Part shown: piece after piece, positions 9,969 through 18,719 of the stretch
Layout of the letters: each line of letters begins with the position of its first letter
Position numbering within the stretch: position 1 is the first letter of the stretch
Assembly: GCA_050246315.1 (NCBI GenBank)
Contig: JBFWWG010000002.1
Location: forward strand, 364,811 to 428,810
Source of the DNA: Nitrospiraceae bacterium
GTDB lineage: Bacteria > Nitrospirota > Nitrospiria > Nitrospirales > Nitrospiraceae
Length of the DNA stretch: 64,000 nt
Reading direction: 5' to 3'
Program-made: the position numbers and the translations under genes
Notes under the pieces: generated by a model
What the model saw: only the letters and a program-made list of their open reading frames with translations
What the model was told of the DNA's origin: nothing
Database searches by the model: none

Positions 9969-10033
9969 TGACCCCATGAGCAATGCAAGCGGATTCCAGT
10001 TGGGAGCTTTTACGCTATGAGTGAGCCCATCAC

Positions 10034-10912
10034 ATGAGCAATCCCGCAGGCGTGGCGCGTCAGTGCCGGCTGCCTCATAAAGACTTCACTCCGGCCTGGA
10101 CGTCGATCAAGCTGGATGCGGGTGTCCGCGAGCGCCTGCTCGCCCAGGCCCTCCTTTCACTCACGGTGCGCCAGCAGCTCCCGTTCGCCGAGGCCCCGAT
10201 CCACGGCCTGATCCTCCTGACCGGCGCACCCGGGACGGGCAAAACGACACTGGCTCGAGGGCTGGCCAACCAGATTGCCGAGCGCCTTCCAGAAACCAAG
10301 ACCACGTTTGCTGAGATCGATCCGCACGCTCTGACCAGCTCGGCCCTCGGTCGCAGTCAACAGGCTGTCGCCAAGCTATTCGAACAGACGATTCCCGAAC
10401 TGGGGATGGATGGCGTCGCGATCGTGCTGCTCGATGAGGTGGAGACCCTCGCCGTTTCCCGCCATCGCCTCAGCCTTGAGGCCAATCCCATCGATGTCCA
10501 CCGGGCCACGGATGCGGCCTTAGCTGGCATGGACCGGCTCTCACGCGACCACCGTAACATCCTGATCATCGCGACGACTAATTTTCCGGACGCGCTCGAC
10601 GCCGCGGTCCTGTCTCGCGCCGACCATGTCGAGGAGATTGGTCTTCCGAACGCGATCGCCCGCTCAGAGATCATTGCCGATACGCTGAGATCGGTCGGCA
10701 GTGTGTGGAGAAACGTGAAGGCTCTCGAAGCGCAGGCAGACCGTTTGGCGAAAGCGGCTGATGGCCTCGATGGCCGGCGCATCCGCAAGGGGATTTTCGC
10801 CGCGATGGCCTCCGACATTGAGACCGCCAAGGATCCCAACCGGCTTACGGTCTCTCAGATCGAATCCTCGTTCCGGCGGGCCCTGAAGGCCCAGAAGGGA
10901 TTAAGCCAATGA
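10034..10912 (+). CDS. cap6: CBASS TRIP13/Pch2-like AAA+ ATPase
   Basis: Walker A GAPGTGKT, Walker B LLDEVE, NPIDVHRATDA motif; adjacent to HORMA and CD-NTase genes. Confidence 0.92.
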   Translation: MSNPAGVARQCRLPHKDFTPAWTSIKLDAGVRERLLAQALLSLTVRQQLPFAEAPIHGLILLTGAPGTGKTTLARGLANQIAERLPETKTTFAEIDPHALTSSALGRSQQAVAKLFEQTIPELGMDGVAIVLLDEVETLAVSRHRLSLEANPIDVHRATDAALAGMDRLSRDHRNILIIATTNFPDALDAAVLSRADHVEEIGLPNAIARSEIIADTLRSVGSVWRNVKALEAQADRLAKAADGLDGRRIRKGIFAAMASDIETAKDPNRLTVSQIESSFRRALKAQKGLSQ

Positions 10913-11376
10913 GAGTGCGGCGCGACATCAGTTCCATCCCTCACCGTTCCGCGACCGAGACATGGCAGCAGATTATCAGTCTCGTTACTGGCGTGGATTC
11001 TCGCGACATCCAGCAGCTGAAGGCCGCCAGCGGGGTCATGGGCTCGCTGATTACCGACGAGCACCCGGCGACTCGTCCCATTGTGCTCGAGGGAGTTGGC
11101 CCTCAGCTTCGCATCTACTGCCGGTATGGCATGGAGGCGATCGAGGAAGGAAGCGCGGTGGATTCTTTAGGCTGGAACCCAACCGCCGGGGACTGGACCA
11201 TGCACGTCCCCTGCGCCCTCGAGGACATGGCATGGGTCACAGCGTCACTGGCGAAGACGTCGCCCCGCATACGGGTGTTCGACGTGGCCGAAGAGGAGCG
11301 GGCTGAGACCGAGGAATGCAGCGCAGCCGGTAAGGCGAGCAGTCCCATCGTCGTTGATTGGAACTTGAAAGGATAA
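10909..11376 (+). CDS. cap8: CBASS HORMA3-like scaffold protein
   Basis: SIPHRSATETWQQI, GSLITDE, GPQLRIYC and GDWTMHVPC match the recalled P. aeruginosa HORMA3 pattern. Confidence 0.85.
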   Translation: MRVRRDISSIPHRSATETWQQIISLVTGVDSRDIQQLKAASGVMGSLITDEHPATRPIVLEGVGPQLRIYCRYGMEAIEEGSAVDSLGWNPTAGDWTMHVPCALEDMAWVTASLAKTSPRIRVFDVAEEERAETEECSAAGKASSPIVVDWNLKG

Positions 11377-11377
11377 C

Positions 11378-11884
11378 ATGACAGTCGCGTACGCGCATAC
11401 CACGACCTATACGCAGACCCACAGCATTGTCTTTCTCAGCGACAACCTTCGCAACACGCTCCGCGAGGTGATCCGCGAGAATGGCCTCAGCCCTGAAAAG
11501 CTGATGCAGGATTGGGAGACGATCGAACGCGGCATCCGGACGTGGCTGCGCAGCGGGCACCTGACGAACGTCGTAGTCGAATTCTTCAGGCCAGGCGCGA
11601 CCGCAGTCGCAGCACGCTGGGAATTTCCTGTTGGCTACTCTGGCTCAGGGGTTGACGACGATATGTGGCTGGACAAGAACTATCTCCGGCAGCTCATTGC
11701 GAAGGCAAGACGACCGACGAACGACTGCATCTATCGTATTGTGCTCTGCACGAGCGATGGGGCGCCCTGGGTGGAGGGCCTTTGCGAGTGTACCTTTCTG
11801 TCAACGAGCCATCTTTCGGCACGACAGGCCGGCACGGTGATCGCTACGGGCCACATGACAGCAGGCGTCACGTACTGGAGGTAG
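11378..11884 (+). CDS. cap7: CBASS HORMA2 sensor protein
   Basis: THSIVFLSDN, IRTWLRSGHL, RWEFPVGY and C-terminal TYWR match the recalled bacterial HORMA2 pattern. Confidence 0.88.
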   Translation: MTVAYAHTTTYTQTHSIVFLSDNLRNTLREVIRENGLSPEKLMQDWETIERGIRTWLRSGHLTNVVVEFFRPGATAVAARWEFPVGYSGSGVDDDMWLDKNYLRQLIAKARRPTNDCIYRIVLCTSDGAPWVEGLCECTFLSTSHLSARQAGTVIATGHMTAGVTYWR

Positions 11885-11890
11885 GGAGCC

Positions 11891-12781
11891 ATGCTGACCA
11901 CCACGCAGGCTTTCGACAAATTCCGGCAGCGCCTCGAGTTGAGTGAGACCGAGAAGAACGATGCCGTGAACCGGCAACAGGATGTGCGGGACTGCATTCG
12001 GTCATCCTTTGACCTGACACGGGATTTTCTCTCCGGTTCGTACAGCCGCCATACCAAGACCAAACCGTTGAAAGACGTGGACGTGATGTTCGTCCTCGGC
12101 CCGAAGGAGCGTTGGCGGCGCGAGAAGCCCGCAATTGAGACGCTGCAGGCGTTCGAGAAGTGTCTGAAGCAGAAGTATGTCGAACCGGGGCAGGTGGAGA
12201 TAGGGCGACGCTCGGTCACGGTGGAATTCGAGAAGACCTACTATCCCGAGGAGCATGACGGAAAGGTACTGAGCATCGACTCGGTCCCTGCATTTGAGTC
12301 CGGTAAAGACGAGTACGAAATCCCTGACAAGATCACCGGGACCTGGATTAAGACGAATCCGGAAGTGCACCAGGAACGCTCGACGGCCAAGAACAAGGAA
12401 CTGAACGGGCGGTGGGTGCCACTCGTGAAGATGGCAAAAGGCTGGAACCGAACGAGTGGCAAGCCGATTAAGCCCTCGTTCCTCGTTGAGGTCATGGCCC
12501 TGGAGCTCGTGGAAACGCCGTTTTCAAACTACCCCGACGAGATCCGTAACCTCTTTGCTGCGATGGAGGCCAACATCAGCCGAACGTGGCCGGATCCAGC
12601 CGGTCTGGGCCCTCCTGTGTCTGACCAGATGACAGCAACCCTCATCGTCGCCGCGAGAAAAGCGCTGCAGGAGGCGCAGCGCAAGGCCACGCTCGCGCGA
12701 CGGGCTGAGGAGAGCGGCCGCCAGGGCGAGAGTCTACGTATCTGGCGTGAGATTCTCGGCGAATATTTTCCCCTCTCGTAA
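11891..12781 (+). CDS. cdnD: cGAS/DncV-like nucleotidyltransferase (CdnD-like)
   Basis: FLSGSYSRHTKTKPLKDVD catalytic motif, IDSVPAF and KPSFLVE. Confidence 0.93.
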   Translation: MLTTTQAFDKFRQRLELSETEKNDAVNRQQDVRDCIRSSFDLTRDFLSGSYSRHTKTKPLKDVDVMFVLGPKERWRREKPAIETLQAFEKCLKQKYVEPGQVEIGRRSVTVEFEKTYYPEEHDGKVLSIDSVPAFESGKDEYEIPDKITGTWIKTNPEVHQERSTAKNKELNGRWVPLVKMAKGWNRTSGKPIKPSFLVEVMALELVETPFSNYPDEIRNLFAAMEANISRTWPDPAGLGPPVSDQMTATLIVAARKALQEAQRKATLARRAEESGRQGESLRIWREILGEYFPLS

Positions 12782-12793
12782 ACGGGTTGATGA

Positions 12794-13516
12794 ATGAACA
12801 CCTGGTCGCTCTCGAAACTACTGGCGAATCTCCACGACGACATCGAGCACCGACTCGCGCGCGCCCGGGAGTCGTTCGGGCACTCGACGACCAAGGGTGA
12901 CGCCAGTGAGCACGTGTGGCTTGAGCTACTACAAAAGTACCTCCCCAAGCGCTATCAGGCCAAGAAGGCTCATGTCGTCGACAGCGAGGGGGTTTTCAGT
13001 CAGCAGATCGACGTCGTGATCTTCGACCGGCAGTACTCGCCGTTTATCTTCGACTACGAAGGTCAGATCGTCGTCCCTGCCGAGAGCGTCTATGGCGTGT
13101 TCGAAGCGAAGCAGGCCATCAATGCGGGCGAGGTGGAGTATGCTCAGATTAAGGTCGAGAGCGTGCGCAAACTCCACCGCACTAGCCTGCCGATTCCTCA
13201 CGCCGGCGGGACCTATCCACCGAAACCGTTGCCGCATATCCTGGCCGGGCTGCTGACATTTGAGAGCGACTGGAGCCCGGCGCTTGGGAAGCCGCTGACC
13301 GACGCCTTGGAGCGAGGCCAAGGGGATGGCCGTCTGGATCTCGGTTGTGTGGCGGCGCATGGGACATTTGGTTGGGACATGGCCGGGTGTTACACCATCA
13401 CGCCCCAGGGAAAGCCCGCGACCGGGTTTCTGCTGGAGCTCATCGCACGACTCCAGAGCAGCGCAACCGTTCCGATGATCGACGTCCGGGCCTACGCCAA
13501 ATGGCTTGCGACCTGA
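12794..13516 (+). CDS. nucC: CBASS effector endonuclease NucC
   Basis: WSLSKLL, KGDASE, QQIDVVIFDRQYSP and FEAKQ nuclease motifs, IPHAGG. Confidence 0.95.
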   Translation: MNTWSLSKLLANLHDDIEHRLARARESFGHSTTKGDASEHVWLELLQKYLPKRYQAKKAHVVDSEGVFSQQIDVVIFDRQYSPFIFDYEGQIVVPAESVYGVFEAKQAINAGEVEYAQIKVESVRKLHRTSLPIPHAGGTYPPKPLPHILAGLLTFESDWSPALGKPLTDALERGQGDGRLDLGCVAAHGTFGWDMAGCYTITPQGKPATGFLLELIARLQSSATVPMIDVRAYAKWLAT

Positions 13517-13706
13517 ATTGACGGTCGATCGCCTTCCTCCACCGTGCAATCAGATACCAGTACATTTGGAAATTCGTGAATAATTCCACTTGTGTCGGGA
13601 TCGTGGCCCCGAATTGCTAGTCGGAGTGCGAAAACTCAAACCGCATATCGTGCGCGCAATTTTCAGGAAAGAGTCCAAGACAATCATGTACCATTAACGG
13701 GCCACA

Positions 13707-14645
13707 TTGTCCGGAATTTGGACACAAGTTCTGAGCAGGACAACAGCCATGCCCATGTCACCACTTGTTCGCTTCGGCAGCTCCACCTGGACCTACGAGG
13801 GTTGGCAAGGCCAGGTCTACAAACGGACGTACGCCAAGAGCCGCTTTGCGTCGGAGAGCTTAGGTGAATACTGCCAGTACCAGTACCACAGCGAACCGCT
13901 GTTCCGAACGGTCGGCAACGACAGCACCTTCTATCGCCCCCCGACACCCAATCAGCTCCGTCGCTATCTCAACCAGATTCCTGAAGACTTCGAAATGTGC
14001 TGCAAGGTATGGGAAGAGATCACGATTCCAAGTTATGCGAAACAGGCGCGGTACGGAGCAAAGGCAGGCCAGGCCAACCCTAGGTTCCTGGATGCGACGC
14101 TGTTCAACGACCTGGTGCTCGCGCCATACCGGGAGGTGAAGTTCGAACCCCATGCTGGACCGTTCATCTTCGAGTTTCAGCGCCACGGGATGTCCTTAGA
14201 AGAGTTCTGCTCACGGCTGGATGGATTCTTCGGGCAGCTCCCCAAAGACTTTCGCTACGCCGTTGAAATCCGTAATGCCGGCCTGCTTGGTCCCGAGTAC
14301 CACAAGCTTCTCGAGTCGCACGGCGTCTCACATGTCTATAACCATTGGAGCTACATGCCGCCATTGGCCGAGCAGCACAAGCACATGGGAAGCTTCACCG
14401 CCGGGTTCACGGTTTTTCGCCTCCTCACGCCGCTCAAGATGTCCTATGAACAGGCCAAGAAGCGAGCCGAACCCTACACGAAGATCATCGAGGAGATCCC
14501 GGAGATGCGGCGGGACACGGTCGAATTGATTCGCCAGGCCGTCAGAGAAGAGCGCAGAGCCTATGTCTTGGTCAACAACCGTGCAGAGGGCAATGCACCG
14601 CTCACTATTCAGGCGCTGGTGGATCGGTTGCACGCCGGAGGTTAA
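13707..14645 (+). CDS. DUF72-family protein (true start probably at MPMSPLVRFG)
   Basis: RFGSSTWTY, DSTFYRPP, YAVEIRN and YVLVNNRAEGNAP motifs. Confidence 0.85.
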   Translation: MSGIWTQVLSRTTAMPMSPLVRFGSSTWTYEGWQGQVYKRTYAKSRFASESLGEYCQYQYHSEPLFRTVGNDSTFYRPPTPNQLRRYLNQIPEDFEMCCKVWEEITIPSYAKQARYGAKAGQANPRFLDATLFNDLVLAPYREVKFEPHAGPFIFEFQRHGMSLEEFCSRLDGFFGQLPKDFRYAVEIRNAGLLGPEYHKLLESHGVSHVYNHWSYMPPLAEQHKHMGSFTAGFTVFRLLTPLKMSYEQAKKRAEPYTKIIEEIPEMRRDTVELIRQAVREERRAYVLVNNRAEGNAPLTIQALVDRLHAGG

Positions 14646-14803
14646 GAACAAGGTGAGCTAGCCGGTGCCCTCCCCTATCAGCGGATGCGCTGTTAGCCGA
14701 AAGACGTCTTTCCACAACCCATCGCTGTTTAAGCCAGTTCCCGAAACACTTCCGTCTCCCGCTTACTGAAACAGCCGCGATCACTTCAGGAGCGGTTGGT
14801 TGC

Positions 14804-15367
14804 GTGATCACCACAACATCTTTCCCGCATATGACTATGACACCCACTGCTCCCGAGACTCCTCAGGCGGACCTGTATCGTCGTTCGGCCAGAAAAGCTC
14901 CATCTGCCAAGCCACAGACAGGCCAACATGTCTATGCAATTCCCCGCTACCGGGTAATGCTGGTGAAGGAGAGTCTGGCACACCCCTCATCCGCCAAGAT
15001 CATGGATTCCCAGAACGCGTACCGGCTGCTTGAGCCCCTCTTCGATGGACTCGATCGCGAGCATTTCATGGTCGTAGCCCTTGACGCGAAGCATTCCGTC
15101 ATCGGCATCAACACCGTCAGCATCGGATCGGTCACGATGAGCATCGTCCACCCCCGCGAAGTCTTCAAGCCGCTGATCCTCATGAACGCGAGCGCCGTCA
15201 TCCTGGCCCACAACCATCCCAGCGGCGATGCGACTCCCAGTCAAGAAGATCGCGTCCTGACCCAGCGTCTCAAAGACGGTGGCGAGTTGCTCGGCATCAG
15301 AGTGCTGGACCATGTTGTGCTGGGCGAGGCCCGGTACTACAGCCTCGCCGACCATCAAGAACTGTAG
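14804..15367 (+). CDS. radC: RadC-like JAB-domain protein
   Basis: REHFMVVALD, VHPREVFK, HNHPSGDATPSQED and VLDHVV motifs. Confidence 0.9.
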   Translation: MITTTSFPHMTMTPTAPETPQADLYRRSARKAPSAKPQTGQHVYAIPRYRVMLVKESLAHPSSAKIMDSQNAYRLLEPLFDGLDREHFMVVALDAKHSVIGINTVSIGSVTMSIVHPREVFKPLILMNASAVILAHNHPSGDATPSQEDRVLTQRLKDGGELLGIRVLDHVVLGEARYYSLADHQEL

Positions 15368-15418
15368 GGAGAATGAGTGCTCACCCTCAGTCCCCACTCT
15401 TCTGATGCTGGCGGCAGG

Positions 15419-15778
15419 CTAGCGGTGACGGTCGGGAAAGGTGTTGAGGGGTCCGAAAGGGGTGTTGGGATTGTAGCGATTGATGGGATTCAGCGGGTTG
15501 TTCGGGTTGACTTCATTGATCGGATTGAAGGGATTGTTGGGGTTGAAACGATTGATCGGATTTGCGGGATTCCCGGGATCGACGCTGTTGATGGGGTTGA
15601 AGGGGTTGTTGGGGTCCACCGAATTGATTGGGTTAAGGGGATTGTCCGGGCGCAGTTGGTTGATCGGGTTGAAGATGTTGTAGTCCCGCTCGTACTTCTC
15701 GTCGAAGCCGAATTCGGCCCACGCCGGCGAGACCACGAGAAACATCGTCCCAATGAACAGAAAGAGGACCGTCCGCAT
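15419..15778 (-). CDS. Small secreted protein with 12-aa NPIN tandem repeats
   Basis: GGAGGT RBS, signal peptide ending SPAWA, six units of the form NPINxxxPxNPx. Confidence 0.75.
   Translation of the reverse strand: MRTVLFLFIGTMFLVVSPAWAEFGFDEKYERDYNIFNPINQLRPDNPLNPINSVDPNNPFNPINSVDPGNPANPINRFNPNNPFNPINEVNPNNPLNPINRYNPNTPFGPLNTFPDRHR
15450..15680 (-). repeat. Imperfect 36-bp coding tandem repeat, about 6 copies
   Basis: Periodic TTGAT(G/C/T)GG(A/G)TT on the + strand, in register with the 12-aa protein repeat. Confidence 0.75.
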
Positions 15779-16400
15779 GATGGACCTCCGCGCTAGCAGA
15801 GTGCACATCAATATTATACGCCCTTAAGGGTCGACCTGGCACTGAAGTCCATGTGCCCATCTCGGCGCCACCAGCCCCTCGCTGGAGCAACGGCGCGTCG
15901 GAAGGATCAATACTGCTCCCACGCCTCATCTTCCGAAACACCCACGGCGGCATGGGGTTCGAGTCTCGCCAAAGCCCGGCTCTAGCCGCTCTCGCATCCG
16001 CCTCCAGTTTCTCCAGAGTCACATTGTCGGGTGCGTACTTTCGGTACCACCAGCACCACCCCCGCCGAACCAATTCCTGGTTTAGATTCACGCCGTCAGG
16101 CAGGATCACGTCGGCGATGGTTCGACCGTACTTATCCAGCCCGTGCGCCTGCACAGTGACGTGCTTGCCAAAGGCAAGCTGGGATGTGGCCTGCTTCGCC
16201 GCGCCGCCAAATGCTTGACCCTTCTCGGGGCAGTCGATTCCGTTCAGACGGATGCGTTCGCCGACTCCCTGATGGAGCACAGTGATCGTGTCCCCGTCTG
16301 TGACGCTGACCACTTTACTATACTCCGCGGCAAAAACCACTCTCGGGAGGGTAAGAAGGGAGACGAGGAAGAGAAGGGATATTATATGGCGCGTTTTCAT
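15633..16400 (-). CDS. Secreted thermonuclease (SNase family) with a probably spurious C-terminal extension
   Basis: Signal peptide; VTDGDTI, IRLNGIDCPE, DKYGRTIA and ARAARAGLW motifs; the tail overlaps the next gene out of frame. Confidence 0.85.
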   Translation of the reverse strand: MKTRHIISLLFLVSLLTLPRVVFAAEYSKVVSVTDGDTITVLHQGVGERIRLNGIDCPEKGQAFGGAAKQATSQLAFGKHVTVQAHGLDKYGRTIADVILPDGVNLNQELVRRGWCWWYRKYAPDNVTLEKLEADARAARAGLWRDSNPMPPWVFRKMRRGSSIDPSDAPLLQRGAGGAEMGTWTSVPGRPLRAYNIDVHSASAEVHHADGPLSVHWDDVSRGLAGVGRIRLRREVRAGLQHLQPDQPTAPGQSP

Positions 16401-16462
16401 GAAGGCTCCCCGGGCGAAGCCTGACTATCTATTATGAACGCCACCTAATCGCTATATAAGTT

Positions 16463-16918
16463 TCAGTCATCCATCGCAGTCACGGACTTCAACCATTCGA
16501 TGTATGTGGGGGGCAGGCCGTGGTCCTCTGCACCGTTGATTATCAGATCGAGATAATCTCGGCGGGGACGCAGTCCCGAAGATGGGCTGATCGCGAAATA
16601 GCACTCAGCCGAGATCGGCTCACCATCGTGGGTCCTGATGGTGATCGTTCGTGGCACATACTGTCTCTTGTGCACGCCCTCATGTTTGTCGAGCTTCTTC
16701 AATTCATGATCTTGCAGTGCGTACAAGACCCCGTGTACGGTGTGCCCTTCCTCAGGAACAACCATAGCATAGCCAGAACCATCAGCAGCGGGCTTGTCAA
16801 ATGAAAGCCTGTATCCGTCCAGGCGAGCGAGCCTCCACTCGATATTCCTCCTCCCGACTCGGTCTTCCAATCGTCCGGTATCAAGATTTGATCCGTACGC
16901 GAAATACCAATGTAGCAT
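16463..16918 (-). CDS. Gamma-glutamylcyclotransferase (GGCT/AIG2-like) family protein
   Basis: YFAYGSNL, VHGVLY, LDKHEG and YLDLIINGAEDHGLP motifs; ATG 16918 follows the upstream stop codon. Confidence 0.85.
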   Translation of the reverse strand: MLHWYFAYGSNLDTGRLEDRVGRRNIEWRLARLDGYRLSFDKPAADGSGYAMVVPEEGHTVHGVLYALQDHELKKLDKHEGVHKRQYVPRTITIRTHDGEPISAECYFAISPSSGLRPRRDYLDLIINGAEDHGLPPTYIEWLKSVTAMDD

Positions 16919-16922
16919 ACGC

Positions 16923-17582
16923 TCAAAGGAACCCTTCCGTTTCTCTTCGGGCACCGTGAGACACTCTTTTCAGCCTCGACAGATCCGAAGCATAGATACA
17001 GAGGCAATCTTCTATCTCGTGAGGCCTTAGCTTGGTGAATTCTGCTGGCAGTTCGCTGACCTTCAGGTATTTGCCTCCTGAGGCAAGACCGAGAGCTCTG
17101 GCGCCCTTCCGCGACCCACGATGCAGGTAGACGAATTCGGGTTCCATCCCGAGCCGAGTTCCAATGCGGACCGCGGTATCGTATATCGCCAGCTCTCCAA
17201 ATCCCCTGATCGACCCAGCCGTTGTTTCCACCACTTCGATTAAGCTGTCAAAGCCGGTGCATTTGCTGATCTGAGCGCGTTTCGCCAGCAGCACTTTGCC
17301 CGCCCTGGCTAATACCGCCTCCGGGATCCGCCACTGGTGGTCATGCTTCTTCCCACCTTCTACCTCCGCCCTGGCAGCCCTTTCTATGGCTTCTTCGAGA
17401 GAATTCAACATCTGGAAGGAGGCAAGCTCATCGTTAGCCCTGTCTCTGTACTTAGCAATGTAATCCTGCACAACCTCCTTGAAGGAGTGAAGGACCATCT
17501 GGTCGCCGGTCCGGGGTAGGCAAGATCCGCGGGTCCTTTTCGGATGAGCCTTGCAGCTCCTTGCATCACCAATTCTTTTCAT
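16923..17582 (-). CDS. Hypothetical helical protein with an HhH-like motif (start uncertain, possibly 17498)
   Basis: IRGFGELAIYDTAVRIG...VYLHRGSRKGARALG...EIEDCLC; resembles the HhH-glycosylase / aGPT-pyrophosphorylase-like fold. Confidence 0.55.
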   Translation of the reverse strand: MKRIGDARSCKAHPKRTRGSCLPRTGDQMVLHSFKEVVQDYIAKYRDRANDELASFQMLNSLEEAIERAARAEVEGGKKHDHQWRIPEAVLARAGKVLLAKRAQISKCTGFDSLIEVVETTAGSIRGFGELAIYDTAVRIGTRLGMEPEFVYLHRGSRKGARALGLASGGKYLKVSELPAEFTKLRPHEIEDCLCIYASDLSRLKRVSHGARRETEGFL

Positions 17583-17604
17583 GGATAAGAACCTTAAAGA
17601 ATAT

Positions 17605-18546
17605 TCATTGGCCGCCTACGGATGGTATTTCACCCAGCATCACTTGCCCGGACTGCGGTGGCATGTCATCGGCATAGGTTTTCCAGAGTAGAATGGGCTC
17701 CCTGGTCTCATTCATATCAATGCGGCTTGTGTCCACGATTAGGACAAAGTCTCGATCCTTTCCGTTGGTAAGCTCCCAATCATCTTCTGGAAAAATGACA
17801 CGCCCGACCGCGGTCAACGGATTCTCGAACCATTGATTCCCGAACAGACGAGAAGGAATTTCGATGATGCGCTGCTTATCAAAGCCCTTCACGGCTTTGG
17901 ATACGGTTCTTGGAACGGTGAAAACTGCCTTCACATCATGGGCAGACACTGCTCCCTTATTAACAAGTGAGATGTTCAGTGCATATTCGCACACAGTTGC
18001 CTTGCGATCTATGAATCTTCGCGAGAAGGAAGGGATGATAAGAGGATGTTTCATGCGATTCATGATGTCGCGGATCTCATAGTCTTCCATCGGTACAGAT
18101 TCAAAGTTGAATCGCTTGTAGTATCTCTTGTCCGCCGCTTGATGGGCCGTCGGTGCCTGTGGAACGCTTACGACATAGGCCACCTTTCCCGGAGCAGAGG
18201 TGGTGAGTGCAACTGGATTGACGTGGACTCCAGCTAACCGAGGACGTACCCGGGCGTTGATGACCTGCTCAAGCCACTCCTTTGTGACCTGCGCCGGATC
18301 GACCCCGTCCAATTGGCGTGGAGTATGTTGCTCTTCCACCATGCCGTAGACAATTACGCCGCCAGCACCATTCGCCAAAGCCGAAACATCCTTACTAATC
18401 TCATTCTTCGCCTTCTCGTTGTTGGTCAGTGCGTCGCCCCGCTTATATTCGAGGTCAGTCTGTTCCTCTACGCCACTCTGAATCAGCGAGAGTAGATCCT
18501 GCTCCGTCCATTCTGACGGTGGCTTATCCATGCTGAGGGCACTCAC
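17605..18546 (-). CDS. Schlafen/AlbA_2-domain protein
   Basis: EQTDLEYK, KDVSALANGAGGVIVYGMVE and YYKR motifs. Confidence 0.85.
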   Translation of the reverse strand: MSALSMDKPPSEWTEQDLLSLIQSGVEEQTDLEYKRGDALTNNEKAKNEISKDVSALANGAGGVIVYGMVEEQHTPRQLDGVDPAQVTKEWLEQVINARVRPRLAGVHVNPVALTTSAPGKVAYVVSVPQAPTAHQAADKRYYKRFNFESVPMEDYEIRDIMNRMKHPLIIPSFSRRFIDRKATVCEYALNISLVNKGAVSAHDVKAVFTVPRTVSKAVKGFDKQRIIEIPSRLFGNQWFENPLTAVGRVIFPEDDWELTNGKDRDFVLIVDTSRIDMNETREPILLWKTYADDMPPQSGQVMLGEIPSVGGQ

Positions 18547-18719
18547 CCCCTCGTTGTACCGAATTAGGTTCGATCCAGAGAGCGGATATGCGATGGCCGA
18601 TTTCCTGGACGCCGGGCGCCGGGAGGCCGACCCATTTGGGGCTCTTGTCCACCAGGTATGTGTTCAGGACGGCGGGGCACTGGGAATGGCCGTGAGTGGT
18701 CCAAGCGAACGCTGGCAAC

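Noticed and set aside
13684..13696. TCATGTACCATT upstream of DUF72, resembling half of the repressor operator
   Set aside because: It needs a gap to align and has no second arm, so it could be chance.
15450..15680. 36-bp periodicity suggesting a CRISPR array
   Set aside because: The units are contiguous and degenerate at codon third positions, with no unique spacers and no cas genes. It is a coding repeat.
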